DNA of 32,000 nucleotides from Pyrodictium abyssi (lineage in GTDB: Archaea; Thermoproteota; Thermoprotei_A; Sulfolobales; Pyrodictiaceae): positions 570,001 to 602,000 of the forward strand of contig NZ_AP028907.1 of NCBI RefSeq assembly GCF_036323395.1, given 5' to 3'. Under the pieces are notes generated by a model. That model was not told the origin of the DNA, made no database searches, and saw only the letters and a list, made by a program, of their open reading frames with translations. Shown one piece after another: positions 1-8,466 of this stretch; within the stretch, counting starts at the first letter, position 1; every line of letters starts with the position of its first letter. The position numbers and the translations under genes are program-made.

Positions 1-76
1 TAAGGCGGATAGGCGTGGGCTACAAGGGCGCCCAGGGGAGTCCATAGCAAGGAGCCGATCGGAGGCGTCTCCCCCC

Positions 77-877
77 TTGGCGCGTATCGAGCGCGTAGCC
101 TCAGTCACCGTAGCAGTGGTGCAGCACGGCCCGGTACCGCTCTCCACGCTGCCCATGCTCCTCGGCAAGCTAGAGGAGGTCTACACCCGCGCCAGGGAGG
201 AAGAGCGGCCCGACTACGTGGAGCTCCACCTCTACCAGAGCCCCCTCCAGCTCGCCGAGGCGCTGGAGGGCGAGGCGCTGCGGGTCGGCGCGGGGGTGTC
301 TGCGCTCTATCCTACCGCCTACGAGGCGTGGACGGGTATACCCAGGATACACGTGGTGCCGGGCGAGCTAGCCGGGCTCGAGTACGGGGCCGCGCTCCTA
401 GCCCACGAGGCTGTGCATAGCGTGCTCCACCCCGGGCCCGGCTACTACGTGGTGGCTTTGCCCCGCCGCCTACCCGCGGCCCAGGGCCTCCTCGTAGCCC
501 ACGTCGCCGCGACTGTGGTGAAGGACCTGGAGGTACACCTCTGGATGGCCGAGCGGCGGCTAGACGAGGACCTGGAGGCCATCCGGCACTACTGGCTCTA
601 CAGCCAGCTCGTGGAGCCCCGCTGCGCCCTCCTCCAGGAGGCCGGGGACACGCTACGCGCAGCGACGGCCTGGATAGCGGCTGGCGCTGAGCCCCCGCTG
701 AGCGGGGAGTGCCGCGAGGCCCTAGCCGAGCCCCTGGAGCTGCTACGCGGGCTGGCAGAAGGGTGGCGCGCCAGGGCCCGGCCATGGAGCCGGGTAGGCG
801 AGGTAGTGGAATCCCTAGCGAGGCTCGTGGAGAGCGGCATCGTCCATACGCCGCAGGACTACACCGGGGAGGCCTGA
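77..877 (+). CDS. hypothetical protein with HExxH motif (possibly metallopeptidase-like)
   Basis: This is a 266-codon ORF starting at TTG 77. The translation is protein-like and contains LLAHEAVHSVLH (HExxH). The overlapping antisense ORFs (170..352, 312..887, 598..840) are Arg/Pro/Ser-rich, as expected for non-coding frames of GC-rich DNA. Confidence 0.5.
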   Translation: MARIERVASVTVAVVQHGPVPLSTLPMLLGKLEEVYTRAREEERPDYVELHLYQSPLQLAEALEGEALRVGAGVSALYPTAYEAWTGIPRIHVVPGELAGLEYGAALLAHEAVHSVLHPGPGYYVVALPRRLPAAQGLLVAHVAATVVKDLEVHLWMAERRLDEDLEAIRHYWLYSQLVEPRCALLQEAGDTLRAATAWIAAGAEPPLSGECREALAEPLELLRGLAEGWRARARPWSRVGEVVESLARLVESGIVHTPQDYTGEA

Positions 878-1020
878 AGGCAGCCACAGCGCCCTTGGCT
901 CCCCCTTATAAGCCTTGCTCACATGCTGTGTACTCTCCCAGTGAGCTAGGGGTATACCCTCCACACGCACTAGAAGAGAAACACGAAACAGCACAGAGAG
1001 AAGGAGAGGTGAGACAAGAC

Positions 1021-1632
1021 ATGACCAAGCCCGGTCTAGCCCTACTAGGCGTAGCCCTCGCAGCCCTCACGGGCGCAGCCATAGCGGGCGCATGGGCCCC
1101 ATGGTGGATAAGCCAGGCAAACGCCACGCCAGTAGCAGCGCCGTTCGAGCCAATGGCGGGAGCAGGATGCCCTGCCTGCCCGATGGCTGCCGGCCAGCAG
1201 TCGATGGCGGCCCCTGCAGCAGGTATGCCAGTAGCCGGCAAGCCCGGGGCAGTAGGCCCAGCAGCTGGCTGGCACGGCCACCACGGCGCAGCCAGGGGCG
1301 CCTGGGCCACAGCAACAGCGACCACAGTGACGGGCACAGTAACCAAGGTCTACCAGCCCCGTATGCTAGTGGTAGACACTGGTAGCGGCACAGCCATGGT
1401 AGTGCTGCCGTGCATGATGATAAGCCCCAGCGGCGGCCTAGTGACCGCCGACACGCTGCTAGCCAAGATACAGCCGGGCACAACCGTGACCATAGAGGGC
1501 TACGCCAAGGTGCAGCCACTCACCGGCTACACGATAGTCCACGCGACAGCGATAACGGTGGACGGCGAGACCTACACCTGGGCCAGCGGCTACATGGCCC
1601 AGCAGATAGCGGCCACAGCAGCTAGCAGCTAA
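1021..1632 (+). CDS. secreted or membrane-anchored Met/His/Cys-rich protein with a beta-rich C-terminal domain
   Basis: ATG 1021 follows AAGGAGAGGTGA (1001-1012), and a TATA-like CTTATAAGCC lies at 905-914. The N-terminus MTKPGLALLGVALAALTGAAIAGAWA looks like a signal peptide or anchor. A linker carries CPACP, repeated Met and GWHGHHG. The upstream part of the ORF (709..1020) is Arg/Pro-rich and is not counted as coding. Confidence 0.7.
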   Translation: MTKPGLALLGVALAALTGAAIAGAWAPWWISQANATPVAAPFEPMAGAGCPACPMAAGQQSMAAPAAGMPVAGKPGAVGPAAGWHGHHGAARGAWATATATTVTGTVTKVYQPRMLVVDTGSGTAMVVLPCMMISPSGGLVTADTLLAKIQPGTTVTIEGYAKVQPLTGYTIVHATAITVDGETYTWASGYMAQQIAATAASS

Positions 1633-1673
1633 CCCGAGGATAGGGGGACCAGGGGAAACACTCTACGCCTATG

Positions 1674-1682
1674 CCTTTTTGC
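1674..1682 (+). terminator. oligo-T tract after the 1021..1632 gene (archaeal-type terminator candidate)
   Basis: A T5 run at 1676-1680 lies about 45 nt after the TAA stop. There is no other support. Confidence 0.3.
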
Positions 1683-1860
1683 GTCCATGGAGTCTGTCTG
1701 CGTACCCTCTCCTAGCTCGGCCGGGGCTTGTCTCCTTAGAGGCCCTCTCGGAGAAAATCCTTGCCCAGGGCTTCTAGCCGTCTAGCCGGCTCAACCTCAA
1801 CGGGGCTTACGCTGATTCACCGTAATGGCGCTATGGAGTTCTATCCAGGTTCTAGCCCAT

Positions 1861-2063
1861 CCCTAACGCAACAGCATCTCTTGTTGAAAGATTTTCTTAT
1901 CTATTATATTGTGTCCTTATAAAATGTTATATTACTCTGTAATTCAGTTATTCTGAGATTTTCTTTCAATTAAAGTGCTAGATATAAATAGACTATTGTT
2001 GGTCAGTAATTAATATCCATGGAGTCTAGTGCGTGGAAATGGCGACGAGGAGGTGCTTGATAC
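1861..2063 (+). promoter_or_regulatory. strongly AT-rich upstream region of the molybdoenzyme operon with several TATA-like boxes
   Basis: About 180 nt of AT-rich sequence sit in an otherwise GC-rich context (for example CCTTATAAAATG, GATATAAATAG, AGTAATTAATATCC). A GAGGAGGTG box at 2047-2055 lies 8 nt before GTG 2064. Confidence 0.5.
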
Positions 2064-3212
2064 GTGAACATCAAACTAAACCTAGTGGTAGCCATAGCCA
2101 TGATTGTGGTTGGCGCTATTCTGCTCATACCTGCCCTGGACCGCTACTGCCCTAGCTGCGTCGCCGAGCGCAGCATATACCCGTTCACAGCTATGATGAC
2201 CGCCTACATCACCTACGCGGGATTCGCTGCAGGTCTCGTGCTAGTCGCCTCGCTCTGCAAGCTCATGGGCTGGCTCGACGACAAGTGGGCGAGCCACACA
2301 CTCTGGGCAGCGCTCGGCCTACTAGTAGCAGCGTGGATAACAGTGCTCCTCGACCTCGGCCGCCCCGACCACGCAGTCTGGCTTCTGCTAAACTGGCAGC
2401 CCGGCAGCAGAGTGGCATGGATGCCAGTCTTCTACACCGTGCTAACATTGCTACTGCTAGTACTCCTCCTCGGCCACATAAGAGGAGGCAACACCCGCTC
2501 TAACATGGTGCTACTAGCCGCTGCTGTCGTCGCTGCTGCGCTGCTAGAGCTTAACCTGGGCAGTGTCTTCGGCTTCGCTGTAGGCGTCCCAGCCTGGCAT
2601 GGGCTTTATCCTGCATTCTCGTTCCTTGTAGCCGGTGTTGCTGGTGGTGCAGCGGCTGCAGCCCTCCTAGCTCCTCTGGGTGCAAGGCTCCACGGTTCTG
2701 GCGGTACACCGCCGGTACGCCCTCTTGCCGGCCTAGCTGTTGGCGCCGCGCTGCTCTACCTGGTGATGGAGTACTGGAGGCTACTACAGGCCGGCTATGA
2801 CCCGGGTCTACGCGCCTTCTTCAAGGCTGCTGGCACGAGCCTCTGGCTGGAGCTAGGCCTCGTAGCGGCTGCGGTTGCCCTACTGTCGTTCGCCTATGTA
2901 AAGCGGAGCTATCATGGTCTAGCCGTAGCCTCTGTGATCCTCCTGGCCGGCCTAGTGGCCGCAAAGCATAGCTTCATTATACACGGCCAGGAGGCTAGGC
3001 TAGAGCCCTCACTGGTAGCCCCCGTGAACCCGTACGAGGCCCTCTACGGGGATACAGCATACCACGTATCTGGCACCGATGCAGCCGCTATCGCCGCGGC
3101 TATTCTCCTAGGGCTAGGCGTCTTCGCCCTAGGCGAGCTCCTCCTAGCGCTCGAGCCGGGCGAGAAGCCCGCAAGGCTACTCCTCTTCCGCAGCATCAGT
3201 GGTAAAAGCTAG
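2064..3212 (+). CDS. NrfD/PsrC-like integral membrane anchor subunit of a molybdopterin oxidoreductase
   Basis: GTG 2064 has a Shine-Dalgarno-like box. The 382-aa product has about 9-10 hydrophobic helices, matching the size and topology of NrfD/PsrC anchors. Its stop lies 18 nt before the catalytic-subunit ATG, so the two are in one operon. Confidence 0.82.
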   Translation: MNIKLNLVVAIAMIVVGAILLIPALDRYCPSCVAERSIYPFTAMMTAYITYAGFAAGLVLVASLCKLMGWLDDKWASHTLWAALGLLVAAWITVLLDLGRPDHAVWLLLNWQPGSRVAWMPVFYTVLTLLLLVLLLGHIRGGNTRSNMVLLAAAVVAAALLELNLGSVFGFAVGVPAWHGLYPAFSFLVAGVAGGAAAAALLAPLGARLHGSGGTPPVRPLAGLAVGAALLYLVMEYWRLLQAGYDPGLRAFFKAAGTSLWLELGLVAAAVALLSFAYVKRSYHGLAVASVILLAGLVAAKHSFIIHGQEARLEPSLVAPVNPYEALYGDTAYHVSGTDAAAIAAAILLGLGVFALGELLLALEPGEKPARLLLFRSISGKS

Positions 3213-3230
3213 GCATAGGAGGTGGTACAC

Positions 3231-5852
3231 ATGGTCGATGTATCTAGGCGTGAATTCCTCAAGGCAGTAGGCGCTGCGGGCGTAGCCGCAGCCATAGGCA
3301 GCTCCGCTGGGCTGAGCGTGGACAGGAGCAGGGCTGGGAGCCTCCAGCTAGCAGCTGAGCCCGTAGACGGGGAGCTAGTCCCCAACGTCTGCAGGATGTG
3401 TACAGCTGGCTGCAGTATACTGGTGCGCGTGAGAGACGGGAAGCCCGAGAGGATAATGGGCAACCCGCGCGCCGAGATACTCAACGCTTCTGCTGTCTGC
3501 GCCCGCGGGAACATGGGTATAATGCGTGTGCTTAACCCGGATCGGCCGCGGAAGCCGCTGGTCAGGACGAGCGGCACCCGGGGCTCCTGGGGCTTCCAGG
3601 AAGCCGGCTGGGGCGAGGCAATAGCTAGGGCTGCTGAGGCGCTGAGGAGGATACGCGAGGAGGGCAGGCCCGACAAGCTCATAATAATCCTGGGCGAGGT
3701 CGGCTGCGCCACCTACCACCCGCACGCGGTAGCATTTGCTAAGACGTTTAAGACCCCGAACGTGATCAGCATACCGCTATCGACGTGTATAATGCCCAAA
3801 GGGGTAGCGTGGGGCGTCACAGGCCTGGCTGGCAAGCATACCGAGGTGGTGCCGGACTACGCTAGGACCAGGTACTTTCTATCATTCGGCCGCAACCTAG
3901 GCGGAGCCGTAGCCGTGGGGCAGACGAGGAAGGCTGGCCGCAGCGTTAGGCGCTACAAGCTGGTGGTCCTCGACCCGAGGCTCAGCGAGTGGGCGGCGAA
4001 GGCCGATGAGTGGATCCAGATAAGGCCCGGCACGGATCTCGCGTTCCTCCTAGCTATGATAAACGTGGTGATAGAGGAGCGGCTCTACGACGGGGACTAC
4101 CTGGCCCGCTACACCAACGCACCCATGGTGATAAGCGGCGACGGCTACGCGCCCGCGAAGACAAGGAAGATAAAGAAGAGCATCGCCGGCAAGGAGGTCG
4201 AGCTCGTAGACTTCCTGGTCTACGACATGGCTTCGAAGAGCTTCCGCTGGGCGAGCGAGGCCAAGGCCCCGGCCCTAGAGCTGCCCGAGGAGGCCAGGGA
4301 GCTAGAGGGCAGGAAGGTACGCACAGTGTTCGAGGCGCTGGCGGAGCACGTGAAGGAGTACACACCGGAGTGGGCTGCGGAGATAACCGGGGTCCCGGCG
4401 GAGACCATCCGGAGGATAGCCAGAGAGTTCGCGGCCACCAAGCCGGCCGCGGTCGAGACCGGGTGGAATACCAACAAGTACTGGAACGGGTTCCAGCTCT
4501 ACCGCGCTGCTGCCGTGCTCGCAGCGCTAACCGGGAACCTGCTCGTACCCGGCGGCGTGGTGCTCTCAACGGCCGGTATAAAGAGCGTGCTGGGCAGAGC
4601 CAAGCCGCCGATAGCGCCGGACGTCTCCATCGTGAAGAAGGCCGAGGTCTCTACGGAGATAGTGCTGAGCGATGGGACCCGGGTGAAGGGCCCGCTACTG
4701 CCGCTCGGCCACGGCTACCTGGGCCTAGCAGAGGCGCTGAAGAAGGAGAAGGGCTGGGTGATACTGGTAGTCGGCGCGAACCCGGCGAAGACGTTCATGG
4801 GAGGCGTGTTCAAGGAGATAGCCAGGCTGCCCACGGTAGAGGCTGTCATAGACATAGGCTACAGCGTGGACGATACGGTGCTCTACAGCGACGTGTTCAT
4901 ACCCGAGTGCGCCTACACCGAGAGGAGCTACAATATACACGGCTTCCCGTTCACCACGGCTAAGGCGCTCCGCGCCGCGTTCAAGGCGCACGACCCGCCG
5001 CCAGGCGTAGAGTGCAAGGGCATGCTCGAGATACTCCTCGACCTCCTAGCCGCTGTCGACGAGAAGCTAGTGGAGAAGTACGCCGAGGTGCTCGCGGAGG
5101 AGCTAGGAGTGCCCAAGTGCGCCGGCGCGTTCGCCGAGGCCGCCCGCCGCTACCTGGCGAGCCGTAGGCACGACTCCTTCACGGCAGCGGTGCTGGAGGC
5201 CCAGGCCCGGTGCATGGGCGTAGACCTGGAGAAGCTGAAGAGAGAAGGAGTGATACTGATTAAGCCGGAGGAGTGGGGCCTCGAGATGAACCGCAGGATA
5301 CTCGAGAACGGGTGGCTCAACACCCCCACCGGCAAGGTAGAGATACTGCCGCTCAAGATACTGGGCCTCATGAAGAAGCGCAAGTTCCCCCTGAAGCCCG
5401 AATGGCACCCACTACCCACATGGGTGCCGCCACGCTGGCTCAGCAAGCAGCTCGCCGACGACGAGTTCACAGTGGTGACGGGCAAGGTGCCGACGATGAG
5501 CTACACCTCTACCTACAACAACCCGCTGCTAGCAACTAAGCTGACGCCGCCGGAGCACAAGAGGATATGGATACACCCGTCCAGGGCCGCGGGGCTCGGT
5601 ATACGCGACGGCGACATCGTTGAGGTCTGCGGCGAAAGCGGCAAGTGCTTCAAAGCCAGGGTATGGGTCACAGAGGCTGTCCACCCGGACGCCGTCTACA
5701 TCCCGCCGCACTATGGGCCAGAGCCGGGCCTAGAGCCGAGGTTCTACGAGGCCGAGGTGCCGCCACTCGCGGAGCTGACCAGGGACATAGTAGAGCCCGT
5801 CACCGGCGCCCACCTCATGTCCGATTTCCGCGTAAAGATTAGGAAGGCGTAA
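3231..5852 (+). CDS. molybdopterin (Mo/W-bisPGD) oxidoreductase catalytic subunit, Tat-exported, of the polysulfide/thiosulfate/tetrathionate-reductase-like class
   Basis: ATG 3231 lies 6 nt after AGGAGGTG (3217-3224); GTG 3222 is an alternative start. The N-terminus has a twin-arginine signal (VSRREFLKAVGAAGVAAA). It also has the Cys cluster CRMCTAGCSILV (C-x2-C-x3-C) and SAVCARGN as a candidate Mo-ligand Cys region. The length of about 870 aa is typical of this family. Confidence 0.93.
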   Translation: MVDVSRREFLKAVGAAGVAAAIGSSAGLSVDRSRAGSLQLAAEPVDGELVPNVCRMCTAGCSILVRVRDGKPERIMGNPRAEILNASAVCARGNMGIMRVLNPDRPRKPLVRTSGTRGSWGFQEAGWGEAIARAAEALRRIREEGRPDKLIIILGEVGCATYHPHAVAFAKTFKTPNVISIPLSTCIMPKGVAWGVTGLAGKHTEVVPDYARTRYFLSFGRNLGGAVAVGQTRKAGRSVRRYKLVVLDPRLSEWAAKADEWIQIRPGTDLAFLLAMINVVIEERLYDGDYLARYTNAPMVISGDGYAPAKTRKIKKSIAGKEVELVDFLVYDMASKSFRWASEAKAPALELPEEARELEGRKVRTVFEALAEHVKEYTPEWAAEITGVPAETIRRIAREFAATKPAAVETGWNTNKYWNGFQLYRAAAVLAALTGNLLVPGGVVLSTAGIKSVLGRAKPPIAPDVSIVKKAEVSTEIVLSDGTRVKGPLLPLGHGYLGLAEALKKEKGWVILVVGANPAKTFMGGVFKEIARLPTVEAVIDIGYSVDDTVLYSDVFIPECAYTERSYNIHGFPFTTAKALRAAFKAHDPPPGVECKGMLEILLDLLAAVDEKLVEKYAEVLAEELGVPKCAGAFAEAARRYLASRRHDSFTAAVLEAQARCMGVDLEKLKREGVILIKPEEWGLEMNRRILENGWLNTPTGKVEILPLKILGLMKKRKFPLKPEWHPLPTWVPPRWLSKQLADDEFTVVTGKVPTMSYTSTYNNPLLATKLTPPEHKRIWIHPSRAAGLGIRDGDIVEVCGESGKCFKARVWVTEAVHPDAVYIPPHYGPEPGLEPRFYEAEVPPLAELTRDIVEPVTGAHLMSDFRVKIRKA

Positions 5853-5876
5853 CACGCTATGCGGGGTGGCTAGCCT

Positions 5877-6518
5877 ATGACCCGGTACGCGATGGTAATA
5901 GACCTGGGGAAGTGCGTCGGCTGCTCAGCATGCGTGGCTGCATGCATAGCTGAGAACCTCAACAGCCCCACGTACTACCAGCCGCCGCCGCTGGCGAAGC
6001 TGCTAGGCCTGGTGGAGGAGGCCCGGCGGGAGGAGGCTAGGACGCTGATACACGAGCTGCTCTGGACGCGCACAAGCGTGCACCGCGTCTACGGCGGCGG
6101 CAGCATGACGGTGTACCACCTCATCTGCCAGCACTGCGACAACGCGCCATGCGTCACAGTATGCCCCACGGGGGCCAGCTTCCAGCGCCGCGACGGGATA
6201 GTGCTGGTGAACCCCGGCAAGTGCATACTCTGCGGCTACTGTATAGCAGCCTGCCCCTACGGCGCGCGCCACGTGAACCCCTTCACCCGGACCGTCGACA
6301 AGTGTACGTTCTGCGTACACAGGCTAGAGCAGGGCAAACAGCCGGCATGCGTAGAGACCTGCCCTACCGGGGCCAGGATACTAGGCGACCTAGAGGACCC
6401 CCGAGACCCCGTAGCGAGGCTCGTAGCGAGCGGCCAAGCCCGGCCAGGCTCCCCTGGAGCAGTCCTAGGCCCCACAGTGCCCCGGGTCTACACCGTGCCG
6501 CCCCAGAAGAAGAGCTAG
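5877..6518 (+). CDS. four-cluster 4Fe-4S ferredoxin-type electron-transfer subunit (PsrB/NrfC/DmsB-like)
   Basis: The 213-aa product carries the Cys motifs CVGCSACVAAC, CQHCDNAPCVTVCP, CILCGYCIAACP and CTFCVHR..CVETCP. It starts 24 nt after the catalytic-subunit stop. Confidence 0.93.
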   Translation: MTRYAMVIDLGKCVGCSACVAACIAENLNSPTYYQPPPLAKLLGLVEEARREEARTLIHELLWTRTSVHRVYGGGSMTVYHLICQHCDNAPCVTVCPTGASFQRRDGIVLVNPGKCILCGYCIAACPYGARHVNPFTRTVDKCTFCVHRLEQGKQPACVETCPTGARILGDLEDPRDPVARLVASGQARPGSPGAVLGPTVPRVYTVPPQKKS

Positions 6519-6554
6519 AGGCCACGCTAGATACGCCCTGGGCCAGCGGTACAC

Positions 6555-6563
6555 GGTTTTTAT
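6555..6563 (+). terminator. oligo-T tract after the molybdoenzyme operon
   Basis: A T5 run at 6557-6561 lies about 40 nt after the TAG stop at 6518. Confidence 0.3.
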
Positions 6564-6788
6564 ACTACAAGCCACGGCTCTCCTTATAGATCCTGGTATT
6601 CCGCGCCCCGAGCCCTATGTGCAGTGTCTCTGTCTCACCGGCTTCCTGTATACCGGAGAGTGTCCACGTCATGGGCGGCGTGGGCGAGACGTTGGAGAGG
6701 TTCTACAGCAGATGGGGCTGGCCAGAGAACCCCTCTGGCAGTGAGGCCTGCGAGCGCTTCAACGCGCTGCTAGACTACGCCCAGGCCC

Positions 6789-7292
6789 ATGGCGTCTGTG
6801 AGGCTAGCAGGCCTCGTGGAGCGGGGCAGCGTAGCTGTGCTCGACGTCACTGCTGGCAGCGGTATCGCGGGCGCAGCCTTCGCAGCCGCCCTAGCGCGGC
6901 TAGGCGCCAGGGTGAGGCTCACAGCCACGGACCTGCGCAGAGACGTGCTCGAGAAGGTTCATGGGTGGCTACGTCTAGCGGGCGTAGAGGACCGCGTCGA
7001 AGCCGAGACGGTGGTAGCTGATGCTGCCCGGCTCCCCGAGAAGCTGGGCTGCTGCTTCGACCTGGCAGTCATCTGGGGGAGCTCGCTCCCGCACTTCTCG
7101 CCCTGGCGGCTCCTGCTAGCACTGGCGAGCCTGAGGGAGCTACAGCCGCGCCACGGCGTGCTGCTTGTCGAACAGCGCGACCTCCTGCCAAGGCTGCTCT
7201 TCAACAACCTCTACGCGAGGATCAATGTCGAGTATGCAAAGGAGGACGGCCGTGGTGTAGTGGGAGTGCACGCAGGGTATGATCCAGCTTAG
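6789..7292 (+). CDS. class I SAM-dependent methyltransferase core, possibly the middle piece of a frameshifted gene
   Basis: VLDVTAGSGIAG matches motif I (GxGxG), followed by RVRLTATDL (acidic post-beta2 residue). Protein-like sequence continues in other frames both upstream (6671-6790) and downstream (7279-7650). Confidence 0.65.
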   Translation: MASVRLAGLVERGSVAVLDVTAGSGIAGAAFAAALARLGARVRLTATDLRRDVLEKVHGWLRLAGVEDRVEAETVVADAARLPEKLGCCFDLAVIWGSSLPHFSPWRLLLALASLRELQPRHGVLLVEQRDLLPRLLFNNLYARINVEYAKEDGRGVVGVHAGYDPA

Positions 7293-7650
7293 GGGTGTTG
7301 TCAGGAGTGTCTTCTACGAGCTGCCCGGCTACAGGTACTTCGCAACAATGCCTATGAGGGTCTGGGACCTGGCGTCGGTGGCTGCTATGCTTTGGGTCTT
7401 CTACCGCCGCGTCGAGCTAGTGGAGCCGAGCCGGGACCCCCTGGGGGCGGAGGTGCTCGTAGCCAGTGAGCCCCGCGGGGACGCGCCGAGCAGCAGGGAG
7501 CTCTGGGAGACACTGCCAGAACAGCTCCAGGGGGCCATAGGCAACAGTGGCTCCGAGAAGAGGGGTCTAGTCTACCTGCTCGCCCCGTATCTCTACGCCG
7601 AGCTGCTCGGCCAGCTCCCGGGCCCGTCTACGGTAGCCGGGAGCGACTAG
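7279..7650 (+). CDS. ORF that may be the C-terminal continuation of the methyltransferase in a +1 frame
   Basis: The ORF starts 14 nt before the stop of 6789..7292. VVRSVFYELPGYRYFATMPMRVWD and EVLVASEP resemble the terminal beta-strands of methyltransferases. The last ~28 codons overlap the convergent gene 7567..8466. Confidence 0.35.
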   Translation: MIQLRGVVRSVFYELPGYRYFATMPMRVWDLASVAAMLWVFYRRVELVEPSRDPLGAEVLVASEPRGDAPSSRELWETLPEQLQGAIGNSGSEKRGLVYLLAPYLYAELLGQLPGPSTVAGSD

Positions 7651-8466
7651 GAGTAGCCTCGGCCTGACCCCGGTCTCCTTCTCGTAGAGCCTGCCTATCC
7701 TGTAGAGCTCCGCCACGTCGGCGCGGTCTGCTAGGGACTTGTACTCGACCAGGACGTGCACGTCGTCCTTCACCAGCACGTCTACCTCTACCACCGAGGG
7801 GTGGCCGAACACTAGGCCCTCCCGGTCATAGGCGGTCCAGCGCACTGCCCGGTACCCCCGGAGCAGGTCCTCTACGAGGTACTTCACGGCCCCGCGGAAG
7901 GCCTCCTCCGTCGCCGCGCCGTAGCGGTGGCCTAGAGCCATTATCTTCGCCGTGAGCTCCTGTACCGCGCGGGACAGCTGCTCGAGACGCTCCTCGACAC
8001 GGAGCACCCTCTCCTCGAGCCTTTGCTGCCTCTCCTCCAGCCGCTGCTGTGCCTTCCGTAGCTCCAGGAACTCCTCCTCTAGCCTTGCGAACCGCTCCTC
8101 CAGTCTCGCAAAGCGCTCCTCCAGCTCCGCGAACCTCTCCTCTAGCTTGACGAACCTCTCTTCTAGCAGCTGCTGGCGCTCCTCTAGCTTCGCTATGCGC
8201 TCTTCTAGCCTAAGCATCCTCTCCTCTAGCTCTGCGAACCTTTCCTCGAGGCGGGCGAAGCGCTCCTCAAGCCTGGCAAACCGTTCCTCTAGCCTCTGCT
8301 GTCTCTCCTCCAGCACTTGTTGCCGCTCTTCTAGCCTTGCGAACCGCTCTAGCAGCTCCCGGTAACCCAGCAGCCCCATCACAGCGTGGCGGAACTCCCG
8401 GTCCTCCTCGAGGAGGTCTAGCAGCGCCTCCTTGAGAGCCCTCCGGTCCCCCGCTACACCCGCCAC
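7567..8466 (-). CDS. coiled-coil (LEERFAR heptads) protein with a C-terminal PD-(D/E)xK nuclease-like domain
   Basis: The 299-aa product has about 170 aa of heptad repeats at the N-terminus. The C-terminus reads VVEVDVLV..VHVLVEYKS (D..ExK core). From memory it resembles archaeal proteins annotated DUF3782-like. Confidence 0.85.
   Translation of the reverse strand: MAGVAGDRRALKEALLDLLEEDREFRHAVMGLLGYRELLERFARLEERQQVLEERQQRLEERFARLEERFARLEERFAELEERMLRLEERIAKLEERQQLLEERFVKLEERFAELEERFARLEERFARLEEEFLELRKAQQRLEERQQRLEERVLRVEERLEQLSRAVQELTAKIMALGHRYGAATEEAFRGAVKYLVEDLLRGYRAVRWTAYDREGLVFGHPSVVEVDVLVKDDVHVLVEYKSLADRADVAELYRIGRLYEKETGVRPRLLLVAPGYRRRARELAEQLGVEIRGEQVD
7990..8346. repeat. 17 tandem 21-bp units (coding heptad repeats)
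   Basis: The units all start CTCCTC/CTCTTC (for example CTCCTCTAGCCTTGCGAACCG) with strict 21-nt periodicity. They lie entirely inside the CDS 7567..8466. Confidence 0.9.

Noticed and set aside
170-887. Minus-strand ORFs 170..352, 312..887 and 598..840, antisense to the first gene
   Set aside because: The translations are dominated by Arg/Pro/Ser/Gly/Ala, which is typical of non-coding frames in GC-rich DNA. The sense frame is protein-like.
709-1020. 5' extension of ORF 709..1632
   Set aside because: The extension is Arg/Pro/Gly-rich and overlaps the end of the upstream gene. ATG 1021 has a good Shine-Dalgarno-like box and starts a signal peptide.
1684-2027. 12-bp direct repeat TCCATGGAGTCT at 1684-1695 and 2016-2027, bracketing the AT-rich region (possible target-site duplication of a MITE-like insert)
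   Set aside because: A rough estimate gives order-one expectation for an exact 12-mer pair within about 400 nt somewhere in a 32-kb window. No terminal inverted repeats were seen.
3209-5852. Numerous internal or antisense ORFs inside the molybdopterin subunit gene (for example 4010..4963 +, 4054..4569 -, 5150..5485 -)
   Set aside because: All are off-frame shadows of an 874-aa gene with unmistakable family motifs, and their translations are low complexity.
7990-8346. A regular 21-bp tandem array that could be mistaken for a CRISPR or satellite
   Set aside because: There are no spacers. The period is exactly 7 codons, and the array lies in frame inside a coiled-coil CDS.
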